Of a stretch of 64,000 bases of DNA, positions 23,070 to 34,883 are shown piece after piece. The translations under genes were made by a program, and so were the position numbers. The notes under the pieces are model-generated. The model did no database searches and was not told the origin of the DNA. It saw only the letters and a list, made by a program, of their open reading frames with translations. The first letter of the stretch is position 1; each line of letters begins with the position of its first letter. The DNA is from Salisapilia sapeloensis CBS 127946 (Eukaryota > Protista > Oomycota), in assembly GCA_023334545.1 (NCBI GenBank), contig JAADVB010000017.1:1-64000 (forward strand), read 5' to 3'.

Positions 23070-23357
23070 CTTCCTTCATGCGAGTTTTTATAGATATGCA
23101 TGTACTATAAAAGGAGAGATGGACGAGCAGAGACTTATCTATCGTGAGAGTATCCACTAGTAGCATATGCTAATCATTCCTGTACGTCATCTGAGAGGGC
23201 GCCGAGCCAAGAAGATATGATATCTAGGATGAGTGATGGTAGTTTAGTGAGTGATTAGCTGAGACCGAAATGAGTCATAAGCTGGATACTTCCACTTTCT
23301 CCTTTCATTCATTATTTTGACTTCAACCGCACACTCGTCTAACCACTACCTTTTACC

Positions 23358-24872
23358 ATGACTACCTCAGTTGCAAGTGAAAATGGGGCAGACTCGGTTA
23401 CCACGACATGGAATGGTGCTATCTCGAATGCCACGACCCATAGTAGTCGAGTCGATTTATTCTACGCAGCATCTCGAGATGTCGATAAAGATCGTTTGGA
23501 TAAACTCTTGCAAGCATCGTATGAGGAAGATGCTCTCCATACGCTAAGGCTCATTGCCTACTTTCGTGATTGTCGTGGTGGCAAAGGAGAACGACTGATT
23601 GGTCGTCAGTGTCTCGAGTGGCTTGCAAAGGAGCATCCTGATGTGCTGGAGCACAATCTCAAGGCTTACGTCGGTGAATACGGTCGTTTTGATGATCCGA
23701 TGGCGCTCATGAATACACCAGTGGAAATTGCTGCATTAGATATGCTCAAGGAACAACTAGAAGACGACTATGCCAAGCTCCATTCGTCTGACGATAGTGT
23801 CTGTATCTCGCTATGTGCCAAGTGGGTCCCATCCGAGGGAAAAGCATTGGACAAAAAGTTATTCATGAACAAGAAGTTGAGTCGACACATGGGCTTGAAA
23901 CCTGCTGAGCTTCGAAAGAAGTACTTGTCTCCGCTACGCAAGGCTCTCGACATTCTAGAGCGACAGATGTGTGCAAAGGAGTGGGAAAAGATTCAATTCA
24001 GTAACGTCCCGAGTGTCGCCATGCACATTCACGGACAACACAAGCACGCATTTGAGCGACATCAGGAGAGTCGTTTTGCAGAATGGAAAGCAGACTTGGC
24101 AAGCGGGAAGACCAAAGTCAACGCCAAGGCATTGTTCCCTCACCAGATTGTCGAACGCTACTTGTCAGGTGTATCGGAGAAAGATGAGCTTTTGGAAGCA
24201 CAGTGGAAGGAGGTGGTGAAGGATGTAGCAGATAATGGAGATCTGTCCAACACGCTGGTGTTATCTGACGTCTCTGGTAGTATGTATGGAAGGCCCATGA
24301 CAGTATCCATTGCTCTCGGTCTCCTTATATCATCCTTAGCTCCAGACGCGTATAGAAACCTAGTCATGACGTTCGAGTCCAATCCGCACTTCCACTTGGT
24401 CGAGGGAGAGTCTCTCTTTGAACGTGTTCGATGCTTGCAAAAAGCTCCATGGGGCGGCTCGACCAACTTTGTAAAAGCTTTTGAAACCATTTTGGATGTA
24501 GCAACGAATGCCGAGGTGTCTGCACACAAAATGCCGAAGCGATTGATCGTGATCTCTGACATGCAGTTTGACGCAGCGGATAGAAACTTTGAGTCCAACT
24601 ATGACAATTTGAAACGAAAGTATCAAGCGTCAGGATATGCCGTACCACAGCTTGTCTTTTGGAATGTGAACGGACAGACAAATGATTTTCCAGCTTTTAG
24701 TGGGGAAGCGAATGTTGCTCTTGTATCCGGTTTCTCACCAGCGATACTCAAGTCAGTGTTGCAAGGAGATGACCTAACTCCACTCCAGACCGTCCTGAAC
24801 GTTGTCACGGATGAACGCTACGAGCAGATTACGCTACCTACAGTTGGCTTGGAAGATGTGGAGATATTGTAG
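23358..24872 (+). CDS. DUF2828/DUF7788-family protein (helical N-terminal region + vWA domain), intronless
   Basis: RDCRGGKGER, GRFDD, AKWVPSE, VPSVAM, LFPHQIV, SDVSGSM (MIDAS), WGGSTNF, ISDMQFD, VFWNV and VSGFSP motifs. Confidence 0.85.
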   Translation: MTTSVASENGADSVTTTWNGAISNATTHSSRVDLFYAASRDVDKDRLDKLLQASYEEDALHTLRLIAYFRDCRGGKGERLIGRQCLEWLAKEHPDVLEHNLKAYVGEYGRFDDPMALMNTPVEIAALDMLKEQLEDDYAKLHSSDDSVCISLCAKWVPSEGKALDKKLFMNKKLSRHMGLKPAELRKKYLSPLRKALDILERQMCAKEWEKIQFSNVPSVAMHIHGQHKHAFERHQESRFAEWKADLASGKTKVNAKALFPHQIVERYLSGVSEKDELLEAQWKEVVKDVADNGDLSNTLVLSDVSGSMYGRPMTVSIALGLLISSLAPDAYRNLVMTFESNPHFHLVEGESLFERVRCLQKAPWGGSTNFVKAFETILDVATNAEVSAHKMPKRLIVISDMQFDAADRNFESNYDNLKRKYQASGYAVPQLVFWNVNGQTNDFPAFSGEANVALVSGFSPAILKSVLQGDDLTPLQTVLNVVTDERYEQITLPTVGLEDVEIL

Positions 24873-24976
24873 AGTAAGATGAACAAGAATTGGTTTGAAT
24901 TGATGCTGCGTATGTATTGCAAGAATGATGTGAACGCTAGGCACTTTATGCACCCGCTTCTATGGCTTGCAGGTTG

Positions 24977-27140
24977 CTACATCCGAGATGTGAATGCATC
25001 GATTCGATGTTTGACATCTTCCGCGTCCCTATTATCAATTGAGTAGTGAGCTAATGAAAAGAGAGCAAGATGGGACCTTTGAGCTTTGACGATGACACTT
25101 TCTTCTTCTACACGTTTGTGGACATGATCGTAGTCGGATGAGATCCGACGACCTCGAGCGTCGTCTCTCTTTTTTCCAGCCACTGCCATCTCGAAAATTG
25201 CTCTCTTCTTGCGTACGAGCTCTTCGAGACACTTTCTTATGCTCCATTCAATCGATAGCTCTTCCTTTAGTGTTTCCAAAGCGAAGGACGATGACCTATC
25301 TCCATCCGACGTGACTCATTTGTTCATACGAAAGCAGGAGGAAACTTACGCGTTGATGGAAGCAACTGGGCTGTCGATCTTTACACAAGAAGCCTTTGAC
25401 TCTAGCATGGATAAGAGGCCTTCCAGAGCATATAGCTGGATGAAAAACGTGTAGGCTTGTATCCCTTCTTGCCTGCTACTTTCACGCATGTAGTTTTTAC
25501 CCAGACCTGGCACTTGCTTATCTGTATACACTCGTTCTCCGTCGCCTAGACATAGCTTTGTTGGGCGAGCTTCTCGTAGCTGTGCCCTCGCCACTAGCGT
25601 TATTGTAAATAAACAAAAGTTTATATAAGCATCTAAAGCGTCAGCTAGACCTACGTTTCATGTATTTGACAATGCCTGGGTGGAAGACGTTGGGGTCGAT
25701 CGATATGCTCTTAGCCTTGTTCCTCGTCTCAAACTTCATAGCGTTCCGAAGCACTGTAAAGACGCTTTTGGATAGCACCCATCTACCCACATACGTTATG
25801 GTACTGTTCAAGTGGATGAAAGGAAGATGAGTACCCAGGGAAAATCTCATTGATCGCAGGCGATAGTCCGTGATCTGTATGCGACGGAACGTTCACTAGG
25901 CTAAAAGGCATTTCTAGTTTCTGTGGTAGCGTCATGACACCTGTCGCGATGACAGTATATGGCGCACGTGAAAAGTTACTTGGGTACTTGATCTGACTCG
26001 CGAGTCCGAAGAAGACGCCTTCTCCAGCTCGGAGCTCTTGGTCTGGTGCTTTCAACGTGTGATTGCTACCAACATTCGCGCCATATCCGACGTTTCCTTT
26101 GCCTTCCGGCCAGATTGCTGCGATCAAAAGCGCTTGGTGATGGAAACCGACGAACGGTCCGACAAAACTAGCGGTCACTTCGCCTTCCGCGACACAAGTG
26201 TTGGGTCCTAGGACGGCACTTTGGACGATACCCTGACGTTCGACGCTTGCTGATTCGAATAAAAGAGCATCTTGGACGATACTTGCCGTATTGATGGAGC
26301 AATTCGACTGCATTAATGTATTCTCGACAAAGCTTTTGGCGAGAATGGAGGAAGGACTATCTTTGGAAGAGTTGATAGTCGAGTTTTTTATGATTGAATC
26401 TTGGAGGAATGCAAATGATCCGATGAAGCTATTTTTTATCGTTGAACAGTAGTACACTCGAGCATGACTGGAGATGATTGTAAATGGACATGATACACTC
26501 GAAGTGTACGCTTGAACTGCGTTTTTGAAGTTGCCTTGAAGTGACTGGTCACCTCGTTTGGTTACGACGTCGGCCGCGCCTACAAGCATAGAAGAATGAT
26601 ATACAAGGTAGAAGATAGGAGAAGGAAGATACTCGTACGTTGATACGGTACGTCGATAACGATTGGGAGGTCTCGTCCACCAGTCTCGACGCCAACATGG
26701 ATCGTGTGACCGTTTCCGAAGGATGTCCATGGTTCATCTTGTGAAGGTCCACAGATACTCCCACAACGTACGATGGTAGAAAATTCACCTATGATAGTAT
26801 TTCGGATGATGGAGCACTCAAGTACGAGGGCATTGTCACCGACAACAACGTCCGAGAGGATGGATCGGTAGCATCCAGATGGTACTGGCACTTTTTCCAC
26901 ATAAATGTCCTCGTCAAAGACACCAAAGACAACACGCCCATGAAGTGTACAGTCTCGAATGCGCAAGGCATTCAGTTTTTCATCTCTCGTCTTACGAAGG
27001 AGATCCCATCGAGACGACTGGTTTCCATGCACTCGTAGTAATTGAACGTCTTCTTCCGTCAGAGGGTAATACTCTCTGCTATTCACATCATGATACAGAC
27101 GTATCCTCCCCAGCATCGACGTCTCCCGGATGAATTCCAT
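24977..27140 (-). CDS. DUF4954-family protein (left-handed beta-helix/GlmU-like), multi-exon
   Basis: Exons reconstructed across five track ORFs. Motifs: FGNG..IHVGVETGGRDL, GPFVGFHHQALLIAA.WPEGKGNVGYGANVGSNHT..APDQE, TLPQK..MPFSL, NEIFPG|WVL and DDARGRRI..DY...H. The first intron, 26580-26638, was checked for frame. Confidence 0.75.
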
Positions 27141-27310
27141 CCGTTCGTGATGTGTGATGCGATCCTACATTGATTTGCAATTACAAATGTGCACAAGTAG
27201 TTCTTTATCCGTTTCCTACTTGTATGTTTCCTACTTGATCCACGTATGAACTTGTTTTTGAACACGACTTTTTGATTCAACTCGACCTAAATAGTTCAAA
27301 AATACCTAGA

Positions 27311-29848
27311 CTAGATCCAAACCCCTTCCGCCTCTTCCTCCATCTCGTTGGAAAAGTTCATAATCTCCGCTTCAATATCGTTCTCCGTAATCGACCACGT
27401 CTCTTCATCATAACTCGATTCATACGACAAAGTATGTCGTATCTCACTCTTCGCCTGTAGCTTTCGCGTCTCCATCTCTTCATCTTCCCATTCCTTTGCT
27501 AGTTTATCCAATCGATACTGTCCATCAATCTTCTTCAAAGCGCTTTCCGTCTGATTGCTCAGAAGTTCATTCGCCACGCGCTTCGTTTCATTCAACGACA
27601 AGTTGAGCACCCACTTTTCTCGTTCCAACTCTTGGATCCGCATCTCATGTTGGATCAAATCATCTTGCATCCGCTGCCTCACTTCATCCGCTTCGTCCAA
27701 TTCCCTTTGCATCTCCTCCTTCTCACGTTCAGACACTTGCAGACGTTCCTCTTGTGTCTTTGCAAACGACTTCCAGGCATGCATCTCTTCTTGAATCGTC
27801 TCCAACGTCGCTTCCGTCTCGTGGAATTTACTCGACATCGTCGCATACAAAGCTTCGACAGCTTTTCGACGCTTACGTTCACGACAGAGTTCATCAAGAA
27901 GCGCTCTATCCTTGCGTTCATTCGTGTCTGGAAGTACATCAGGATAGGAATACGATGATGGTAGTTTCTTATACTCTAGCTCTTGACCAAGTGACGATGG
28001 ACTTGTGTCAACTTGGTTGTTCCCATCCGAAGGCATTAATTCCTCATCTGGAAGTGTACCGGCGGTGGATCGGAAGACGTAGGAAGAGAGGTTTAAAGCA
28101 GACTCGGAGCGTGTCTCTCGTAGCCCTTCATAGAATAACGTATCGTCCTTCGTGTACTCAAGTGTCGACCTGGTACCACAAGAGCTAAAAGACGCATGAC
28201 CATGCGTTAAAGCTGTCGTTCGATCCTCGGAATCCATCGAAACATGTTTCCTACCTAGTCTTTCCGGTGCAAAGCGGACGCGTATTGCATCACTTGGACG
28301 AATCGATCTGGACGTGATGTTACTATCGCGTCGATAGTAGCTCAGTTCTTCCGTCCGACCTGAATCAGACATCGAGCCATGATCCTCCTCGACCTTTGTA
28401 TCGTCTTTCGACATGCCACGAGCATTGACTCGATACCATGGGAGGGCGAAAGCTCGCTTATCATTCGTGAAAGACTGCGCTGGTAGTTTATATCGATCTG
28501 AACGAGAAGGATACGACGCTTTGCTTTCACTTGACGCCGGATCACTATCGACGTGAGACTTGGCGTAGGAACTAGCAGAAGCATAGGACGAACTACTATC
28601 GTCTTGATGCACCCACGAGAAACCACTATCTTGTCCGGAGAACACAAGCTCCGTACGTCGATTCGAGTCACTACGTCCTTTATATGCTGCGGCTGAGAGG
28701 ACGTCTTGTGCTCCGATATGTAGAGGTTCGGTGCTACTAGGACAAGAGTCACTTGCTTCCCAATCACGTGCATGTCCAAAGCTTTTGGATCGAGCAGAGC
28801 AAGAGCGACTGAGATGCGAGGAATTCGTTAGGAGCTGACGTTTGTGGCACGTCTTACAGATAGGAACAGGAAGGCTAGTGTAGTGCGCTTCGTTACTGAT
28901 GGAGACGGGAGCACAGGCACGACAGACGACACGTTCGCAGCTGATGCAGCGCGAGTGTCGAAGTAAAGGCCAGAACTTTTGCTTACAACTAGTGCATCTA
29001 GAGCGCATGCCTCTTTGTGAGAGCGTGGTGTCGATCGGAGTACCGTAGACGTGTCGGTTTTCAACGAATCTGCGCATGCCGGTTAGAGCAGCGACTTTAC
29101 GACGAAGGAGCGTCGTGTGGAGCATACGAGCTAGTTGGTTGGATCCACAAAAGTCTACTTGAAGGAGGTAGATGCCATCCAAGTAGCCAGGGGCTTCGCT
29201 TTCGACAAAGACGTAGCCACTCGAGTACATATCTCCTCGGACGTAGCCTTTCGAAGGAGGACAGTTGGAGAGTCCGATCGAATGGGCGTTTAAAGCCCAT
29301 GCGTTTCGTCCAGAAGAATGCTCAAAACGCTTCTGACCCTAGGAGAATATGAGTAAAATGATAGAGGAAGAGAGTATAAGGAGTTGTACCTCTAAATAGC
29401 AGAAATCACGTTTTCGAGAGAATGAAGTGGGGGCTTTGTACGCAGCATACTTGACGCTGAACCGTGTGTAGCTACTGCCCACTTCGTCCGTCGGGAGGCG
29501 GCATATGACGTCGCAGTCGACCATATCATCCGGCATTTTCTGCTGCATGAGCACCGTCGAGTCTTGGTCAAAGTACGACGCAACGTCCTCGATTTTGCCT
29601 TTCACTTGCATCGTGGCACAGATGATGGTAGTACGGTCCGAGCGTTCTGTTGGGTACTTTCGGTATATACGAATACCATCGATCGTGGTTTTTAATTGCC
29701 AGTCGGCAGGTACATCCACGGGGTCTGTCTGCCTTATGAATGCATCTAGACTGTCTTTGGTTCTTGCAGCGAGCACAGACTTCATTAACGAGCTTAAGAC
29801 GGACGTGTGGGCCATGGAAGTGTCTGTCCTTCCTGGTCGTTCCGTCAT
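27311..29848 (-). CDS. START-like + FYVE-type zinc finger + coiled-coil protein (intron 29339-29389)
   Basis: WQLK...RKRDFCYLE|...YVRGDMYSSGYVF (START-like), an 8-Cys finger CTSC..CISC..VCRAC..CKTC, and a C-terminal coiled coil. The phase-0 intron joins the ORFs in frame. Confidence 0.82.
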
Positions 29849-30672
29849 GATTTTCTAACGGGACAATGGACGAATAGATAAAGCACGCAACGTTGGAACG
29901 GTCGTGGAAATTGTCGTTGCAATCGCAGCGTATTACTAGTTGGAAGCAAAGCGTGAGGTGTGCTTGACGTGGATGCTAGACGCAGTCAGTGTCACTGGTG
30001 GAAGCGATTCGGCCTTTCTTGTTTCGTATTGATGTTGCTTACGATAGGAGAGTCAGTTTCTAAACCGAAGAAAGTGAGGGTTCTGCTTGACAGATGAGAC
30101 TGCGATATTTTTCACCAGCAAGGACGGAAGCCATTCATTTCGAGGAGCATCAGAGTCATCGATATCGATGCAATGAATCAACGTACTTTGATGTCTGCAT
30201 TTACGCTAGATAAGATGGTGCATATAGAAGAAGGAACGTCGTGAATCAGACGCAAGTATCCAGTTTAGATGCTTGAAGCATAAATTTATACCATGACGAG
30301 ACGTAGCTGGTAATGCGTCTGGTAGAGCGTTTGTCTCGAAGAGAGAGAGGAATTGGATACCATAGATAGGTACTTGGTATGGTAATGTGGATGATAGAAA
30401 GGGTATATTGGACGGCAGCTTACGTGGGGAACTTTTATGAACTTGATTTCATTGACTCAGCTACGGTGGGGAATCAAGTCCGAGAGCTACCTCGGCAGAG
30501 TGCATACACGTGGTAGCCTCTTGACACCTGGGGTTGAAGAAGTGGTTGTAATACTATTCTGGGACGAATAAAAATCTCACTTGAAGCTCCCCGTTTTAAC
30601 GGCTGGGGTGAGGTAGTGGGTACATGTAGGATGAAAGGCTTTATGACATGCAAGCGTGGATATCTATTTCAG

Positions 30673-31456
30673 CTACACGATGCTTTCGATGGCTCCTGTG
30701 CCTTGCAAGAAGACCCAAGCGACATCTACAAATACTAAAAACTGGAAAGTAGAACGGGGTTCAGTGCACAACGAGCTGAACTGCGGGCCAAAATGTCCAG
30801 TGAAAGTTCCATAGATCGCTGCAAAGGTACCAATTGTCAACACTGAAGCGGCGCAGGCGCCTAGGTACGCCATGGATTGTCACAAGTGAGGAGTATGTCG
30901 ACAGGAGTCACATTGAGTATTTTATCTGGTCCAGCCACGCTATGCACAATGCCGGCCACGGACTTGCGTACATTTGGACTGTGATGGGTGCATGGCAAGC
31001 TACACTTCTTCCACTTGCTCCCGGCCACTTCCATACTTGCGGACCCAACGATTACAACTGCTTGGCGTAGTTGATACGCATGTAAAGTATTCGTTGGGAC
31101 TTGATCTATATAATCTACATATTGCCCATAGCAATCGTCTGAGCTCGTAGACTGGACATTACTCGATCGGTATGGTAACAACATTCGGTTGGGTATAGAA
31201 ACCTGCCCACTGACATCTCAACTTTCTGCTTTTGCTTTGTCAGAACCGCCCTATGTCCATTAACAGTGATCCAAAGTCATAGTACAGCCATCAGGGCACT
31301 ACTAACGTAGTTGAGATTCTTGCCAATGGAAATGATTTTGATAAATCGATCGGCATCAAAAAGAAGATGGTCATGGGGATGAGCATAAAGAGGTTTTCGT
31401 CACCATGATATACCAATGTAACTAGCTCACCATAAAGTTGATGTGGATCGATGGTC
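30673..31456 (-). pseudogene. Decayed copy of the UreH/NiCoT-like permease (closest to copy 1)
   Basis: Collinear fragments DH..STLW*ASYIGISW*, LIPMTIFF, IGKNLNYVSSALMAVL*LW, GIVHSVAGPD, LAYLG..FAAIYG and VAWVFLQGTG. TGA stops at 31427, 31400 and 31277, plus frameshifts. Confidence 0.8.
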
Positions 31457-32071
31457 GATTAGTACAAGTACGAGCATCATGCTGTTCACATCTATATACA
31501 AAATCTTTATGATCACCTTACTATGTACTCGATTCTAAAGATGGCGCATGTGCTAGTGATCTTACTTGTTGAAGCTTGGCAAATCTAGTCTCCTTGTATA
31601 CCACTCTAGCCGTCGTAAAGTTGAAATGGAAGACGAGTTCCACGCTTTCACATAACACCGTCAGCCCATCCGCTTCACCCAACGGCACTCTTTGAACATT
31701 CACAAATATCTTAATAAACGTTGATTAATTCTCTTCCTCTCTCCTGAAGCTATTCGTCTACCAAAGGAGCTAATCGATGCAGATATCTGATCGGGAGATC
31801 GCCACACCGTCATCTCGTATCTGATACCAAACCATCCTACGCCATCTTTACGTCCATGAAGATGTACATATCGATGTGATGCCTATCTGTAAGCGTGCGT
31901 GGCATCCCGAAGCACATCCTTGACATAAAACCATCCATCTCTGTACGTCAGCGCGAAAGAGGTGAAACGGAATTGTCAATCGCTCTCCTCAGCTGTTTTC
32001 CATCACATCAGAAGCTCTCGCGTAAGCGATAACCAAGTCTCACGTACGAGACTTTTGTTCCTTACTCGGCC

Positions 32072-33199
32072 ATGCCCCCGAATTGCCGGACACGAAACTC
32101 CCGCCGGCGTTCCGTCAGCTCCAGCAGAATGTCCGTCGCGACTGTAGACTCGGAATCGATTCCGATGCTGTTCGCGACGGACGAGCTGGAGGAAATCGAC
32201 CTCGTGCCAATCGACCATCCCACAGACAAACTCATGCTTCATCACGCTCGTTCCCACTCAAGTAGTGTCGACAGTCTCGAGTCATGTGACGAACTCGTGA
32301 ATCGACCGACCGAAAGCAGTAGCGTCGATAGCACCAGTTCGAGCGTCATTGAGTTTTTCAATCGACCAAAGCACAGTGCAAGCGTCGATAGCGCCCCTAC
32401 CTTTTCTCCTTACGTACACAATCAGCACCCGCGATTATCACGTCGGAGGGGGAATAGTAACCCAGGTTTAAAAGCTACTCACTCGAGCCACTCCCTCGAC
32501 ACAGCTAGCATCGAGGAAGAGTACGTCGTTCCAGACGATACACTGCTCCGTCCAAAACCCGGGACTCGTCGACGCGTTACGTTCAAGCAGGACGAGCGTC
32601 CCGAGTCCGTCCCTCGCCCGAATATCACACTCCCGAGCTTTGATGAGCTCGTGTTCCACGTCGCCAAGTTACAGCCATCAACCGCTCAGATCAGTGAACG
32701 GCTGCAGACGATGCTCCCTCAAGATGGCCAAGAGTTCCGTCTGCCATCCATGGAGCTCCTAGTCGCCGAATTTCTCCATCGATCCGCCGTCTACCTCGGA
32801 TACGAGTTTGGTACTCGTCCGTGGTTTCCCGATTTCCAGCACGATCAAAAGTTCTCGACGAACGACGTACGTCGATGGCGTCGTCTCGCTCATCATGACT
32901 GGGCTGCAGAAGAAGAGGAGTCTCGCATCCGATCCGCATCGGTGCATGGTAAAAAAGGTATTCGACAGAGTGTCGGTGGGTGGTTACAAGAGCAAAAGCT
33001 TCGTCAAAAGTATAAAATTCGTGGTCGACGTCATTCATCTCCTGTGACCAAGGTGGATGTCGGATCCTCTCCGGTACCAGCAAGTAAAGATGTCTCTTTA
33101 CTCGTGGAAGTAGTCAATAGTTGTATGTCGTTTGGTGATGTCGCTTTCCGTCCTGTCGATATCTTTGCTTTATGCAATATCGAGATTGATGGGGAATAA
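32072..33199 (+). CDS. Hypothetical protein, paralog A (disordered Ser-rich N-terminus, RVxF motif, unnamed C-terminal domain)
   Basis: 375-aa ORF; shares WRRLAxHDW and LLxEVVN...FGD..F with the neighbouring gene. Confidence 0.75.
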   Translation: MPPNCRTRNSRRRSVSSSRMSVATVDSESIPMLFATDELEEIDLVPIDHPTDKLMLHHARSHSSSVDSLESCDELVNRPTESSSVDSTSSSVIEFFNRPKHSASVDSAPTFSPYVHNQHPRLSRRRGNSNPGLKATHSSHSLDTASIEEEYVVPDDTLLRPKPGTRRRVTFKQDERPESVPRPNITLPSFDELVFHVAKLQPSTAQISERLQTMLPQDGQEFRLPSMELLVAEFLHRSAVYLGYEFGTRPWFPDFQHDQKFSTNDVRRWRRLAHHDWAAEEEESRIRSASVHGKKGIRQSVGGWLQEQKLRQKYKIRGRRHSSPVTKVDVGSSPVPASKDVSLLVEVVNSCMSFGDVAFRPVDIFALCNIEIDGE

Positions 33200-33284
33200 A
33201 AATGAGAGAAGAGAGACAAGAGATTGTTCATGTGCATGGCAAGAAACGCAAAATTCATTTTTCAAGTCCAAAAAAAAGAAGTAG

Positions 33285-34883
33285 TTAGATCCATCCATCT
33301 TCTTCCACTAAGAACTCGAGACGTACGAGGTCATCCAGTTCTTCTAGCTTGAATAACGTGTCACCAAAGTTGATGCTCGTGTTCACGACCTCCAAAAGAG
33401 GTTTCAAGTCCGTTCGTTTCGGAACTTGAAGATCATCGTCACTATCTTCATCTTCATCGTAACTACCACTCGTACCTTCCGTCGTCGAGTTACTAGACAA
33501 TCGGACACCTCGTCCAGTTGCTTCTTTCCGGAATAAGGACGAACGGAGGAGGGACGAAGCTCGAGAGAAGGAGCCTCGAGATAGTAACGAGTCTCGACTT
33601 TCTTCCATCGCTGTCTCCTCCTTTTTCCAATCGTGTAGCGCAAGTCGTCGCCACATGCGTATTTCTTCATTCGAAACGGACACGACTTGACCGTGTTTCG
33701 TCGGGACGCCATGGAGATATGATAGACTCCGATCGAGAAACTCTTGGATCTTCGTCGACGTCGGGCGCTGATCATGCGACGCGAACTTACACACGCGCTC
33801 CAACAAGTCTTCATAGCTCTCTGCTTCCGAATACACGTCGTCACCTTCTGGATAGTAGATACATTTGTGATTAAATCGGACTTTTTTGCCGTCCTGTGGA
33901 CTGACAGACTTTGTCCGATAAAGCTGCGCAAGCTTCTCTGCTTCTTTCGCATGTTGCTTGGCGGATGAACTTCGAGAGAAACTGTCTCGATCCTTCTGCA
34001 AGTCGAGATCGACGGACCCTTTGCCTACGAGTCGAGCTTGGATCGGCAGCTTCTTCCAGATCTTGGACATGAGGTGCGGACCCTCGGCCTGGACATTATC
34101 CATGCTGACGCTCCGGTCTTTTAACGAACGACCGGGAGCTGGTGTGTCTTCATACTCGTCATCACTGTCGCTCGAGTTATATCGAAATCGAGATGGCTTG
34201 ACGACCGTTGCAACGTCATCGACAACCATGGTAGAGGCGGAGGCTGGCGTCCTCTTTCGCATGCGCTTGGTGAGAGATCGCGTCATGCGTGGCTTGACGT
34301 CGGACGTTTGACCTGAATTGGCAATACGTGGGCTAATGGCACGAGGAGATTGCTTGACTGTCGATTTAAACGTGCTATCCCAACTGTGTCGACCACCAGC
34401 GACGGGTGTATTCGCATTTTCATACTCATGCCGAGTGTCCTGTTCCTGCCGCCGATTCTGTTCATGATGCGAGCTCTTGTTGAGGAATTCCCCCACCGCA
34501 CTTTTGCTCCTAGGTGCTCTCTTTGTCGACGATGTATTCTCTTCCTTACTCTTCTTCTTCGCCTTGCGTTTTTCTCGCCAAGTCGAGAGTGAGAAGGAGC
34601 TTTTGCCATGCGAAGCACTCGCATCAGCAGCATAGTCATCTAATCCGTCTGAATCGAAACTTCCTGAATTAGAAGTCGATCGACGAAAAGATAGCGAACC
34701 ACTTCGCCCGGTGCTTGGTAAAAAGCTCTTCATACGTCGTGGGCAAAGGGAAGAATGCCTTGTCGATGGTATTGCGGCTGGCTTTCGGCGCGGCACGAAT
34801 GCGCGTGCGAGTAATATGGGACACGACGACAAGTGGTGTGGAAAGTGGCGGTGGAATGAGACAGACGAATTGACGGACGACAT
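33285..34883 (-). CDS. Hypothetical protein, paralog B (start probably MKSFLP)
   Basis: 532-aa ORF with KKVRF, EFLDRSLSYL, WRRLALHDW and LLEVVNTSINFGDTLF. Confidence 0.75.
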   Translation of the reverse strand: MSSVNSSVSFHRHFPHHLSSCPILLARAFVPRRKPAAIPSTRHSSLCPRRMKSFLPSTGRSGSLSFRRSTSNSGSFDSDGLDDYAADASASHGKSSFSLSTWREKRKAKKKSKEENTSSTKRAPRSKSAVGEFLNKSSHHEQNRRQEQDTRHEYENANTPVAGGRHSWDSTFKSTVKQSPRAISPRIANSGQTSDVKPRMTRSLTKRMRKRTPASASTMVVDDVATVVKPSRFRYNSSDSDDEYEDTPAPGRSLKDRSVSMDNVQAEGPHLMSKIWKKLPIQARLVGKGSVDLDLQKDRDSFSRSSSAKQHAKEAEKLAQLYRTKSVSPQDGKKVRFNHKCIYYPEGDDVYSEAESYEDLLERVCKFASHDQRPTSTKIQEFLDRSLSYLHGVPTKHGQVVSVSNEEIRMWRRLALHDWKKEETAMEESRDSLLSRGSFSRASSLLRSSLFRKEATGRGVRLSSNSTTEGTSGSYDEDEDSDDDLQVPKRTDLKPLLEVVNTSINFGDTLFKLEELDDLVRLEFLVEEDGWI

